A model generated the notes under the pieces. That model saw only the letters and a program-made list of their open reading frames with translations. It made no database searches and was not told the origin of the DNA. Both the position numbers and the translations under genes were made by a program. Below are positions 1-13,234 of a DNA stretch of 64,000 nucleotides, one piece after another. The stretch's first letter is position 1. Every line of letters starts with the position of its first letter. This DNA comes from Dimorphilus gyrociliatus (taxonomy: Eukaryota; Animalia; Annelida), in contig CAJFCJ010000005.1 of the NCBI GenBank assembly GCA_904063045.1, positions 1,193,988 through 1,257,987 on the forward strand. The letters run 5' to 3'.

Positions 1-1583
1 TAAACTTTCATGCCTGCAAAATGCCTGCGGTAGTTCCCCAGAACCAAACATTGGCCATAAGAAAGCAGTATTACCGTAGCGTCCAAGCGAACTTACAAAT
101 TTAACAGTCCTATCCAAACCCTAGTCAAAAGCATAGGTAAGTATTCTATATAGGCTGTCAGAACATTTGTACATACAATTAACGTTGATGTTTCATCGTC
201 GACCATAGCTATATTGTATTGTATGAAATGCCTTATGTTATCAGGTAATGACTTCGATATTAAAAATTCCCTAAATGGTCTTTCGGAAAAGGCTAAGGAG
301 AATATTTTCTTTATTACTATGCTATATTAAAATGGAAAGTAATCCTTACAGTTATATTCTTCCGGTTGTTCCTTATATTTTAATGTATTTTGCAAAAATT
401 TCATAAGAATTCTTTTTTCTGCCATACTGATGTCTTTGCTGCTGAAAACATCTGCTCTAGAGCAAGGAACCTAAAAATTTGAAGTAATGAGAAACTTTCT
501 TAAATAAACGTAGTGCAGAAGTACCTTTTTTATTTCATTGTCTTGTAAAGTAAGAATTCTAGTGATGGTTTTAAATTCAACATATTTCGCAACATCAGAT
601 GATATTAGGAGGTCTACCATATCACCACGACAGAATAATAGCTTTTAACAATATTAGCTTTCCATTAGATGTTTTAGATTTAATAAAAAAAAATGTTTTT
701 ATGTACCCTCGGATTTAAATCGAGATTAAAGTGTCTATCCTGTTTTTCCATCTTCTGTTTGGTCCATAGTTTTTTTGACGTTTTCGAGTCTTCTTTTTTC
801 ATTTGATTACATGTAGCTTTTTCTGTCACTTTTTCAATATCTTTTTCGCAAGGTTTACCGTCTTTGTCTGAGTCTATAAAATAATTTTGTCCCAGCTATA
901 TGAAATAATCGCTATTTATTGTAGTTACCAGTGTCTTGAACGCTTGAAGGTTCTCGATTTTCTTTCGGAGAAGATTCAGCATCTAATACACAAAGAATAT
1001 ATAAAGTTAATTTGCTTCCTTGCAAATATAAAGTCTTAAAGAACCTTTATCATCTTGCTCGGTTATTTCTTTCGAATCTTCTTCAGGCTCTTCACTGAAA
1101 TATAGGTCGAAAACAAATTAAATGAAATCAAGTCAGTGTTGTAGAAAATACAAACTCTGGAACGAATATCTGTGATTCATAGTTAGAGAAATTTGGAGAA
1201 TCAATGTTTAACTTGATACATCTCTCTTCCGGAGAGATAAGTTGTTCTGAATCTATAGATTTATCCTCGAGTAGCTTTAAAATGTCAAGAAGAAATATCA
1301 TTTAGTAAATAAGTTTCTTAAAATATGAATTTGTCTATTACTTTTGAACTAAATCGTTCCTGTAGACCTTTGAAAGTGAACGAACCTACATCTGAACCAT
1401 AGTAGCAATTCTTATCCATATGTAGCACCTTATATCCTATTCTGGAGAAGGCAGCAGCTGTTATACTCTCCACCAAACCTTTAGAATTCCAAGAGTGAGT
1501 TTTAAATTAAAAGGCTATTATATGCTGTTACCTGTTCCTAGAATAACTACGTCAAAGTCATCAGGTAACGATGATCCGGCCAT
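1..1583 (-). CDS. CHM: Rab escort protein 1 / choroideremia-like (GDI superfamily), multi-exon, runs off the window start
   Basis: Reverse strand from ATG 1583 reads [17 protein letters not shown]|[28 protein letters not shown], followed by an acidic insert. Near base 1 it reads [25 protein letters not shown], a typical REP/GDI motif. Missed by the ORF track because of short introns. Confidence 0.9.
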
Positions 1584-2059
1584 TTTAGTTTCTATTGAAG
1601 GTAATTATTTAGCTGTTTTGAATTAAACAATCATTTATAGTACAAGGTATTTATTTCGTAATTTTATTGTGGATTATTCATTCTACACTTTCGTGTCTAT
1701 TGACACGTGTGCAAACTGTTTCTCACTTAATTTGATAACGATAATACCTTTATTAATATATTGCCTTATGTAAAGCTCTTGATATCGAAAATGTTGTTTT
1801 AAGGAAGAAATTTAAGTTTTTTCGGGTTACCTATTGTTCAGGACCGAGCATTAGAAATATTGTTCGGTTTACGTGGATCTATCCGGAAAAGGCGGGAAAT
1901 TCAATTTTATTTGATTTCATCTATTATAATATAATGAAAGCTAATTCACATTCCAATCGATAAGCACAGCATGCAGAAAATTCAATTACGCGTTTAGTAA
2001 TTCAGAAAATTATAAAATAACAACTCAGCTGTAGAGAGAATTAATCCATATGCTGTAAA

Positions 2060-2949
2060 ATGGTCAACGTAATGTCTTTAAACCTAAAAGGACGGCTGAA
2101 AATTCGTCAAGAAAAGTCGGAGTACGAAGAGAAATTTCTTAAGAGATTGCTCCACTATTTTGAATATGATATTATCTTTGGGCACGAAGCATCTCAACTG
2201 CCAGATGCCGTATCATCACATCAATCAATTGGAACAGGAGAAGCATTTATCCTTTTCAATAAAAAGAGGTATGCAGTCCTGTCGGAAACTCGATTTCAAC
2301 ATCGATTTTTTCCAATAAAAAACTGTGGCAAGTTTATCGCTTTAGAACTAGAAGATAAACATACTGGAGGAAAATTATTAGCTGTTTCTTGGAAAATTGA
2401 TTCAAGGCTACTAAAACAGAAGTGCATTGAAGTTGTCAACCAGTTAACTGACTTTATATCAAGTGTCAGAATCGTTGATAATATTCCAGTAATTATTGGG
2501 GGCGTTTTTGGGATATCAGTTTTTGATGCACTGGATAACTTACCAGGCGAAGTTTCGTGTCATGGGTATAACCCTCTTACATTCCGGCGTCAAATGCGTG
2601 CCTCGGGTAGCCTATTTTCCATTTTTGCTTTTAAACAATAGAAAACGCCAATTAAATTACAATATACATTTCAGATTTTTTCTTGACGTCAGACAATGTC
2701 GATATGTTTCAAATTCAGCCTTTAATTTTCGAATCGGTAAATTTGAAGCAATTGCATGGAAGGGTGAGGATGAATGCCGAAGACGTTTTCTATTTCGATC
2801 CAGTTATAGCGGAATTTGAGATGGAGAACCTAAGAAAATCTGTCGATCCTACTAAAATACCTATTTCTGCGGAGAAGGAAGAGGAAAATGCAGAAAGTGA
2901 AGAGGTTGAAAGAGAAACTCTCAAGTACGTAAACGTAATTACCATATGA
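2060..2949 (+). CDS. Endonuclease/exonuclease/phosphatase (EEP)-fold protein, catalytically degenerate, 273 aa, 2 exons
   Basis: Exons 2060-2606 and 2675-2949 are joined by a 68-nt GT-AG intron in frame. EEP-like blocks appear in canonical order: VNVMSLN, YDIIFGHE, PVIIGGVFG, ASDFFLTS, FYFDPVIAEF. Confidence 0.65.
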
Positions 2950-3096
2950 AAGCAGCGGATGTCTATAATGTATAAATCTATAGTCACGGAAAATTGCAAA
3001 CAAACTTGTAAGATTGTTGATTATATCATTGATAGAAAAGACTAAAGTAGAATAATAATATTTTATTTGATTAAAACTTCGAAAAAACGAAATTAT

Positions 3097-3681
3097 TCAT
3101 TTAATTTGTTTTAGTATGTCGTTTATAACGAAACGTAATCCTTCTGCCAATTCTGTTATTGTATATGGTTTATTCTCTGGTGGTACGTGAATAAATAAGG
3201 TCCGGCGATCATTTTCACATAATGACATGTAGTAGATATACTCGCATAAATATCTTCCAGCATCATTAGAAATTGTTGCCTTAATTGGATAGTTTTCATT
3301 CATATTGGTACAAATTATTTTCAAGTCAAGTTTAGAATGAATACAATCTTCTCCATTCTCTTTACATACATTACCTTCTGGGAGACTAGAATTTACATCA
3401 CATAAATTATAAGAGCAATTATGAGCACATTCTTCCAATGTAATGCAATTAGCTTTAGCAGAAACTCCCACGTGAATCACTAACTCTGGATTATATTCTT
3501 TCCAAAGCATTGGGACTGTCTTCTTAACTGTTTCATACGAAACTGGCACCTCCTGAATTACAAGCAAGAAGTCATCAGTTTCTATACCCATCTCATGCAA
3601 TTTTTTAACAGCTAGCCAAGACGGATTTTCAACATAATCTCCGAAAGATCCAAAACCAGTTACAAGGATAACTTTCTTCAT
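3097..3681 (-). CDS. PGPEP1: Pyroglutamyl-peptidase I
   Basis: Intronless 194-aa ORF with VTGFGSF, ENPSW, VIHVGV, LEECAHN, DAGRYLCEY (catalytic Cys) and FIHVP (catalytic His). Confidence 0.95.
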   Translation of the reverse strand: MKKVILVTGFGSFGDYVENPSWLAVKKLHEMGIETDDFLLVIQEVPVSYETVKKTVPMLWKEYNPELVIHVGVSAKANCITLEECAHNCSYNLCDVNSSLPEGNVCKENGEDCIHSKLDLKIICTNMNENYPIKATISNDAGRYLCEYIYYMSLCENDRRTLFIHVPPENKPYTITELAEGLRFVINDILKQIK

Positions 3682-3988
3682 TTTCTATTTTCAAACTGTC
3701 AGTTTCAACTTCTTAAAAATATGAAAAATTTGGATATTATATTTCAATTATAAATATAACGTAAACTTTATCATTGTATTTATTTAATGTATTTGTTTAA
3801 CAATAATCAATTGACCTACAATAGTTTGTTTGATTGACTTGATATAGTATGAGAGCGTACTGAAATGAAAAAAACAGTGCACTAAAATACCTAAAATTCA
3901 ATAATAGAAATAAAATACTCCATTCCTAAATGTACTAAGACAATTAAGTATTATTTAAATTCATTGGAATCAAATTTAGAATGCTTGA

Positions 3989-4546
3989 TTATTCGAATTC
4001 TCCCCTGAATACTACGATATTTTTATCGGTCTCATGTAGCTTGATTTCATGAAGCTGAACTCCTTTAGGAATTTCGTTTACTATACTTTTCCATATAAAG
4101 TAGGCAATATTTTCCGCAGTACTTGTATATGTCGCAAAAAAGTCCACTTGTTCGTCCAGATTCTTGTGATCAACGATACACATAACTTTGTTCTGAATAA
4201 TTTCTTTAAGATCAGTAATATTCATCACAAGACCATTTTGGTCTACTGGTCCTTTTACGGTCACTTCAACTGTTTCGTAATAATAAGAAATATAAGCAGC
4301 TAAACGCTTAATTTTTTCAAAAAATTCAGTAATTCAAATTTATTATAGATTTTATTTTATCATTCTCAGTTATTTATTTAACATGATCTTTGTACCTTTG
4401 TAGTTATGGCCATGTCCATATATGTTATTACACTTTCCAAAAAGCTCTTTATTCTCTTCATCGCTCAAACATTTACTATGGAGTCTATGCGAAGAGCTGA
4501 AGCATTCAATTCTTGTTAGGTAAGCGATGGGTCTTTTGGAAGACAT
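3989..4546 (-). CDS. PTS: 6-pyruvoyl-tetrahydropterin synthase, 143 aa, 2 exons
   Basis: Exon 4546-4396 reads [24 protein letters not shown]...[14 protein letters not shown]. Intron 4395-4270. Exon 4269-3989 contains DHKNLD, STAEN and ETDKN. Confidence 0.95.
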
Positions 4547-4760
4547 GTCTTACTGAAAATGATAATACTGTTTGTTCCAGCTATTTATAACTAAAAACTG
4601 AGAATTTCATGCGGGATATAGGGGTGAATTTGATTAAAAGCATTCTAAATTTAAAACCGTTTTAAATAGTTGAAAGAATGCGTAATTTCTCACCTTCAGA
4701 ATTAAGTATTGTGAAAGAACCTATACATTTATTATTCTACAGAGGGCGGGTTTGCTTTGC

Positions 4761-4773
4761 ACTTCCGGTTCCG
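4761..4773. promoter_or_regulatory. ETS/GABP-type element (ACTTCCGGTTCCG) in the PTS/scramblase bidirectional promoter
   Basis: Lies between divergent ATGs at 4546 (-) and 4852 (+), next to a GC box (GGGCGG at 4744). The same core recurs at two other divergent promoters. Confidence 0.5.
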
Positions 4774-4851
4774 CTTACAACAAACTCGAATCCCGCGCTG
4801 CTCAAAGACTCTGTTTAGAATAAAACTGAGAGAAAGGAGTGCATTTTACAA

Positions 4852-6370
4852 ATGGATCATGAAACTGAATTAGAATCGGTTCACCTTACAGAAAAATACC
4901 CAAATAATTGTATTGGTAAGAAAAAATCTCCTCCCTTCTCTTAGGTGGTTTTATTATCGTTACGAAAATATACAAATTTCTTACAATAGAAGGTTTAATT
5001 AAACTTTCCCCCGCAAACCACTTTATTTTAAACAATTTGAGAAGAAACTTCTGTTATCTAAACTTTCCTACCCTCATCATAATTGCAAATTTGTAATATA
5101 ACTTGTATATAATGTAAGAGCAATTATTTCAAAAGTTATTTTAATAAATATTAAAGTGTTATTTAACAATTTAAGGGTAAATAATAATTCAGTTAGAGTA
5201 GTTAAAGTTCTTATTTATATCTTTAATTCTATTCTATTTTTAATTTTTTCAAATAATGACATTTCATTGATTGAAGGATTACTGAAAATGATAATACTGT
5301 TTGTTAAAAACTGAGAATTGGGCTACACATGTTAAAATGCCGTGTGATCGAACTAGGAATAAGTTTGCCATTTCTTTCAGATTCTGACCAACAGGACTCC
5401 ACTAGCCAAACAGCTACAGATGAAGCAATCACCAATCAACCACAGTCATTCATATTGTTAGATCCTTCGATACACGCACTTGAGAATGTTTGGTCTTTAA
5501 CAGACGAAAATCAAGTTGTAATTCATAAATATAATTTGAGGAAGAATGAAAGTTAGGAAGTAATATAATTTTTAATATTTAATTATGCTTAATTATAATA
5601 TCCAGTAATTGACGAAGAGGCTGAGCATAGATATGAAATAATTGATGTTTCAAAAAAAATTCTTATGTATGTAGAAAAGATGCCGTCGCCGTATGATTTT
5701 GTGCCTTCATTTTGTTTTAGATTTTTTAGCCGAGATAAAAAAGTAGGTAAAGCTAGTTATGAATTTTTAAATCATGATAAAAGTAATTTTCTGAATTTTA
5801 CAGCTATTAATTGAAATGATAAATCCTAATAGTAATCTCTTCATGTGCCTTGGAACATCGTGTTCACCTTGTAAACGTTGCAATTTCAAAAGCGTTGTTT
5901 ACTGTCCCCCTGGAAATATAATCGGTTATATTGTTAGGCAAAGATCTTGCTGCTTACAAGAATTTGAATTACTTAACAGTGAAAATAGTCCTTTGCTAAC
6001 AATAAAGGGCTGTCCTAGGGATTTACAAGTATATCCCCCAAACCTTTCTGGAAGCCTTGGTAGGATATCTGCTCGATGGTGGAGAGGTATAATGCACGAG
6101 GTTAGAAGATCTGAAAATGATTTAGGAGTTACTTGTAAGAATTAACGAATTAAATTATTACATTTCGCATTTTATATAAGGTTTCTCGAAATATTAGTTC
6201 CTTTAGATCTTGATATTCGAGTGAAGATACTACTTATTTGCTCTGCATTCTGCATTGACTGGATATATCCAGAGCATACCACAAATCGACATAGGTGGCA
6301 AGATGGAGAAACGATTCCAAAAGTTCAGGAAAATGCGGTTGAAAAGAAAACTGAGGAAACAATTAAATAG
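4852..6370 (+). CDS. Phospholipid scramblase family protein, multi-exon
   Basis: Cys-rich segment, PPGNIIGY, LGRISARWWRG and C-terminal VPLDLDIRVKILLICSAFCIDWIY match the PLSCR pattern. Stop at 6368-6370. Some internal splice sites are approximate. Confidence 0.8.
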
Positions 6371-6926
6371 TTTGTTCTTTTGTCTCAAATTACTGTAAAG
6401 TATAAATACATAAAAATGTGATACCTCCATTTTGATAAGAGATTGAGTCGTATTTATACCATATCAATATATATATATACTGTATATATATCTCACATAA
6501 GGTGAGATTATTGGTTTTTTTAAAACATAATTTTAAGAAGTCCAATGTTAAGTCTTTTAATTGAAAGAAAGCAAAACTTCAATCATGTACCAATATAGAC
6601 ATAGAGAAACAAGCATTTATAGTATATATACAATATACATCATGCGAAAATACATAGAAATACATTTATAAAAAATACATGTATTGAATATGCATTTTCT
6701 TTCACGTCAAGGAATTTTACAGATAAAATACTATATTTAATAAATCAAAATTGCAATTAAATAGCTATTTACGGAATGTGATCACTCAAACCTCACTTCA
6801 AAAAGGAATAGCACAATTTATTACGAGTGAATTCGAACACATGACGTAATTTACACTTTAATGGAATCATCCCTTATGGTTTTATAAAAGTAAGCTCAAT
6901 TCTAAAATGTTATCATAGATATATTT

Positions 6927-9751
6927 CTAGTCGTCCCAATCATCATCTTCTGCGGAACTGTCATCAGCTGTAAAAATAACATTAATGTATTGTCAAGTTG
7001 AAAAAAAGTTAAGGTATTGGATATAAATAACTAATAGGGCAGAAAAAATTAAAAACTTTTGTACTCACATTCATTCTTAGTTTTAGCCATTCGATTTTGT
7101 AGAGCAGTTGCTAATATACCAGCAAGACCTGCAGGTTGCTCAGGTGAAGACACCGGCCTCGATTCATCATCCACATGCTTCAGTGTAAGTCCTGCTCTAA
7201 TTGCACTTAATAGGTTAGCCCTAGGATCTTCCTGTGCAGGCATTGGAGGACGCTCTTCCCTCTTATTTGAGTTTTCTAAAGACACGCCGGACCGTATTTG
7301 CTCCATCAAGTTGGCCCTAGAATTATCTGGAGCAGGTGCCATGGGAGCCGCCGCTGGAGTACCCATCGGCGGAGCAACTGGTGCTGGGGGAGGAGGCGGT
7401 GGTGGAGTTGGAATGTTAGCTGGAGGTGGAGGTGGTGGTGGTGCTGGCGCAGGAGGGGCAGAATACGCATTTCGACTTTCATGTTTCTGCGAAGGTGGAG
7501 GAGGAGGAGGAGGAGCAGGTGTTGGCTTTGGAGGCGTTGGCGGCACAGACTGGGGCAATGTTGGTAATGGTTTGGTCGGTTGTTTCATTTGCGGTGTTGG
7601 TGCCTGAAAAAGAGAACATTTAACATGAGTTATAAACACTGATGTAGCTTTACATACAGGCTGCCTGGGAGGCGGTGGAGGAGGAGCATGTTCTGATTTC
7701 ATACTGGGCATAGGTTGGGGTGGAGGAGGCGGAGCAGCTCTACTGCTACTTGATGTATGCATTGGGACACTCGGAGCTGGTCGGCTTTGATGGTTAGACC
7801 AACTCCCACGCGTTCTATCTATAGCTGGTTCATTAACTCGAGTTTGATACTGAAACTGTTGGTTATCTTTTTGAACAGCATCAAACCCTCCATTTTGCAC
7901 AATGACTTGACAGATTAGTTTTTTGGTGTCAGAATCACAACTGTCAATTGATGTTATTCCAGCCCGCATAAGTAGAGGCCTAATTGCTGGATCATTCAAG
8001 TCAAGTGTTTTCTCACTAATAGTGTCAGTACCAGGAGTACCTCCAAATCCAACATGCTGTACATGCTTGAAGTCAGTTGGATTGCTAATTGATGCCTTGT
8101 CGACTTTTTCTGTTAAATAACAAAGTTAAGTCTAAATAGTACATTAGATGAAAAAGCGATTAACGATTGCCGTTAATTGATCATAGTAATTCAGTTATTA
8201 TTTGCTATAACTTACTGTTTGTTGTATATTTTAGGTTTAGTGAACAGAAATATACCATTATATATTGCATAAATAATTTTAAACACTTACTTCTTCCCTT
8301 GGATTTCTTTTTATCAGCGAATGATGAGCTAGTTGTCATCGTTTGCACTGAAAAATTTACAAAATATTAAACTTGTGCTTATAAAAATTTCAGACTTTTT
8401 TAACTGTTACCAAAACGAAATTTTTGAACAAAAAGTTGTACAAATGCTATTATTAGTTATAAGTAAAATATAATGGATTGATTTAAATCAGCTAAGTTTT
8501 AAAGGGGAAACAACACCGAACAACGCAACACCTTTATCATTCCTACCAGGCTTCAAGTCATTACGGCTAGTTGATCTGACAGGAACTAAAATTTTTTCGA
8601 AATATTTTATAGATCAAAAGACTCTTCCGACTGTCTAGAAGGCATTTTATTACTTACTGGAAGGAGCTGGAGAACTAATAGTCTGCCTCTGAACGCTTCC
8701 GTTTCCCATTTGCTTTCTTCGATCTGAAAAAATTAAAAGTGAATTAACTTTCAAGTGCTGGTATAGTTAATATAACACGAAAAGGAATTTTTATTCCTAA
8801 TAATTGGTTGTAGGAATTAGTTTAAAGCATTATTATATACTGTATGTAATTCACATTCTTATATGTTTATAGATACGAAAAGGTAAATTCACGGGATAGT
8901 ATTCTAAATAAAATACCGAATATTCTAAGTAGAATTTCGTTTATAAACGATATTTTCCAAATTTGTTTGGAGGTTGTATCTTAAATACTGACGGTAATAA
9001 GTAGGATTACAAGCACAATTGTAAAGCATGGATAAATAATTTATAAAATATTTGTCTATTTTTTTATATAACCTCTTTCTTGCTCTAAAAAAATTTTTCG
9101 AAAAATAATATAACTTATATGAGAGGCCAAACAAACAAATACGTACTCTCTTTTCTTTTTCTTTGTTCTTCCACTCTTTTATCAATAGCACTTGCAAAAT
9201 TATTTGCATCGTCTTTATGAGCAAAATTGAATCCAACTGGACAATCTTCTCCAGCAAAATAATGAAATTGATTTCCGTTTTTACTTCTATTAAAGAGAAT
9301 ATTATGAATATATTTTTTTAGCTAATTAACAGTAACTACAGTCGATATCAAATAGTTTTTATATGTGCTATTTAAACACGATATCAGCTAACCTTTGATA
9401 TTCAAATCCTCTATACCATTCCTGTTCAAAAACTACACTTCTAGATTTAAGATCAAGAATGCGAATATAAAAAGATCTCTTGTTAGAATCTTTGATCAGT
9501 GTAGCAACTCCACAACAAAATTTCGTCCATTGCGAGTAACTTGGTGCTGGAGCAATAAAAACTTGAACGACAGCTGATGCTAGACACTAGAAGTAAAAGT
9601 AAAATTTAACTTTAGCTAATACTTAAAATGAATAGATCTATACCTTCCAACCGTCCCTCAAGCACTCTGATAATGATTTCTTATCCATTGTTGATAACAA
9701 TGCAGAAAAAGTATGGGAAGAATTATTATTCAAATGTTGGGGTCCAGTCAT
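6927..9751 (-). CDS. WASL: WASP / N-WASP actin nucleation-promoting factor
   Basis: WH1 exons (CGVATLIKDSNKRSFYIRI), CRIB (ISNPTDFKHVQHVG), polyproline region and two WH2 motifs (RANLMEQIRSG, RANLLSAIRAG). Central helix LAGILATALQNR and acidic end DDSSAEDDDWDD*. Confidence 0.93.
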
Positions 9752-9967
9752 TTTCAGTTATGATTGTACAATACAAAAAGTAGTTTAGTCTAGTAAGTTA
9801 CTTCCTCTGTTCTTGGCTGACGACCCTGTTCACGTCATGTGATATATCCTTTTTTCGTATTTTATTTTTTAATTTTTATGGTTTCTAAGATATTTCTAAG
9901 AAATGTCTTATAACTAAAATGTAAAATATTTAATTCGAAAACAACTTCATAAAAAATTTCAAATCGG

Positions 9968-9980
9968 CTTCCGGTTCCGG
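9968..9980. promoter_or_regulatory. Tandem ETS-type element (CTTCCGGTTCCGG) in the WASP/AP2M1 bidirectional promoter
   Basis: Lies between divergent ATGs 9751 (-) and 10166 (+). Shares the 12-mer CTTCCGGTTCCG with 4762-4773. Confidence 0.5.
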
Positions 9981-10132
9981 TACGTAAAAATTTTAATGCA
10001 TTTTATAATTAAACCTCTTATTTATATAAGTATTTATGGTTTTAACATTTCTTTTTGCTCATGTTGTATAAAATATATTTTAGATACTAAAAGCATATTT
10101 ATTTCAGCGTGTGATATACTATGAAGTTGTAA

Positions 10133-12063
<1,931 letters not shown>

Positions 12064-13234
12064 TCTTGCTTGAAGTTAGAAAGTATACAATTTTTCAGAA
12101 GTTCCTTATATTCTCACTAGTTAGTAACATAGATAGTAAAAATTTAAATAAACAACTAATTAATGTTGTCTACTATTTAAAGCAATACATCTTAGGTTTA
12201 AAGATGACGTGGTGGCTTATATTTATTTTTCGCGATTACAATAAATTTGAAATAGCAAATGCTATTGTAGATCAGGTGCCTTAAACAATTCATGGAATAT
12301 CTTCCGTGTGAACAATAAAATATTTCGCTTTCATCGACATACAAGCTATGATACACTTGATAAATTAATTAAAGCTAGAGATACTGTGAATATGAAAGGA
12401 AAAAATACTTTTGCATGTTTATATTAGAATCGACATAATTGGTTAATCACGTATTTTAAAAACGAAATAGACCAAAACAAGAAAACTAAGCAAGCAAATC
12501 CAAAAGAGGAAAGTGATTTAATTTCTGGACACTATTGATTTCCTACTTGAGTATATAGTAGATAAAAACGAGTTACATACAATAAAAGACATTATTCTGA
12601 GAAAATAACATCCTATTAGTATAGTATCGAAGTTCAGCAATTAATACTAATGTTTATTTATTTGTTTATTAAAAATTCTTTCCTCCTTCCCAAACTTTTG
12701 ACGCATTTATGTAGCTCACAAAGTCTGGATAAAAATTTACACTAACAGTTCCACTAGGATGTAAACTCAAATCGAGACTTTGCGAGCTTCACTTGCAAAG
12801 TCTTTTGTATAGTTCGGAGAGGCAGTTTTATCTTATCTCGTAAGATCTGAAAACTTTCTGAGGTTGTCTTTATCTAGCGTTTTATTATGTAAACAATCAA
12901 CACAAAATTACGCTACGGCAATTTTTCATGTTTCTTTAGCAGCGACATGCCAAGTTGTAAATGAGATAATAAGGAATTTGAGCTGAATACTCTCGATTTA
13001 GATACAAACCTTTTTGATTGATTTATTTAATTAGCTGTTTTTTTTAAAAGATTTACTTTGTAAATTTATCGACTAAATCTTTTAGTTTTATCTGACAGCA
13101 AAGTTAAAAAATTGCTAACTATGATGTTAAAAGTGTTGTAAGAGCTAGGATTGCATAATAATATTAATAAAACTTCTTAAATTGAAGAAATTCAAGAGTC
13201 AATGCTTAAAACTATTAAAAATTAATCATTGTTT

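Noticed and set aside
7059-7623. Gly/Ala-rich plus-strand ORFs overlapping WASP; similar shadows over the formin FH1, myomodulin and both orphan genes
   Set aside because: These are antisense or alternate-frame shadows of proline-rich or repetitive coding sequence, with no independent features.
7604-7657. 54-nt stop-free in-frame intron in WASP (looks like an exitron)
   Set aside because: It has canonical splice sites and typical length; some of the many short introns will be 3n and stop-free by chance.
9844-9852. ATATCCTTT resembling a U12 AT-AC donor
   Set aside because: It lies upstream of the AP2M1 promoter motif on that strand, and no matching U12 branch site, AC acceptor or exon context was found.
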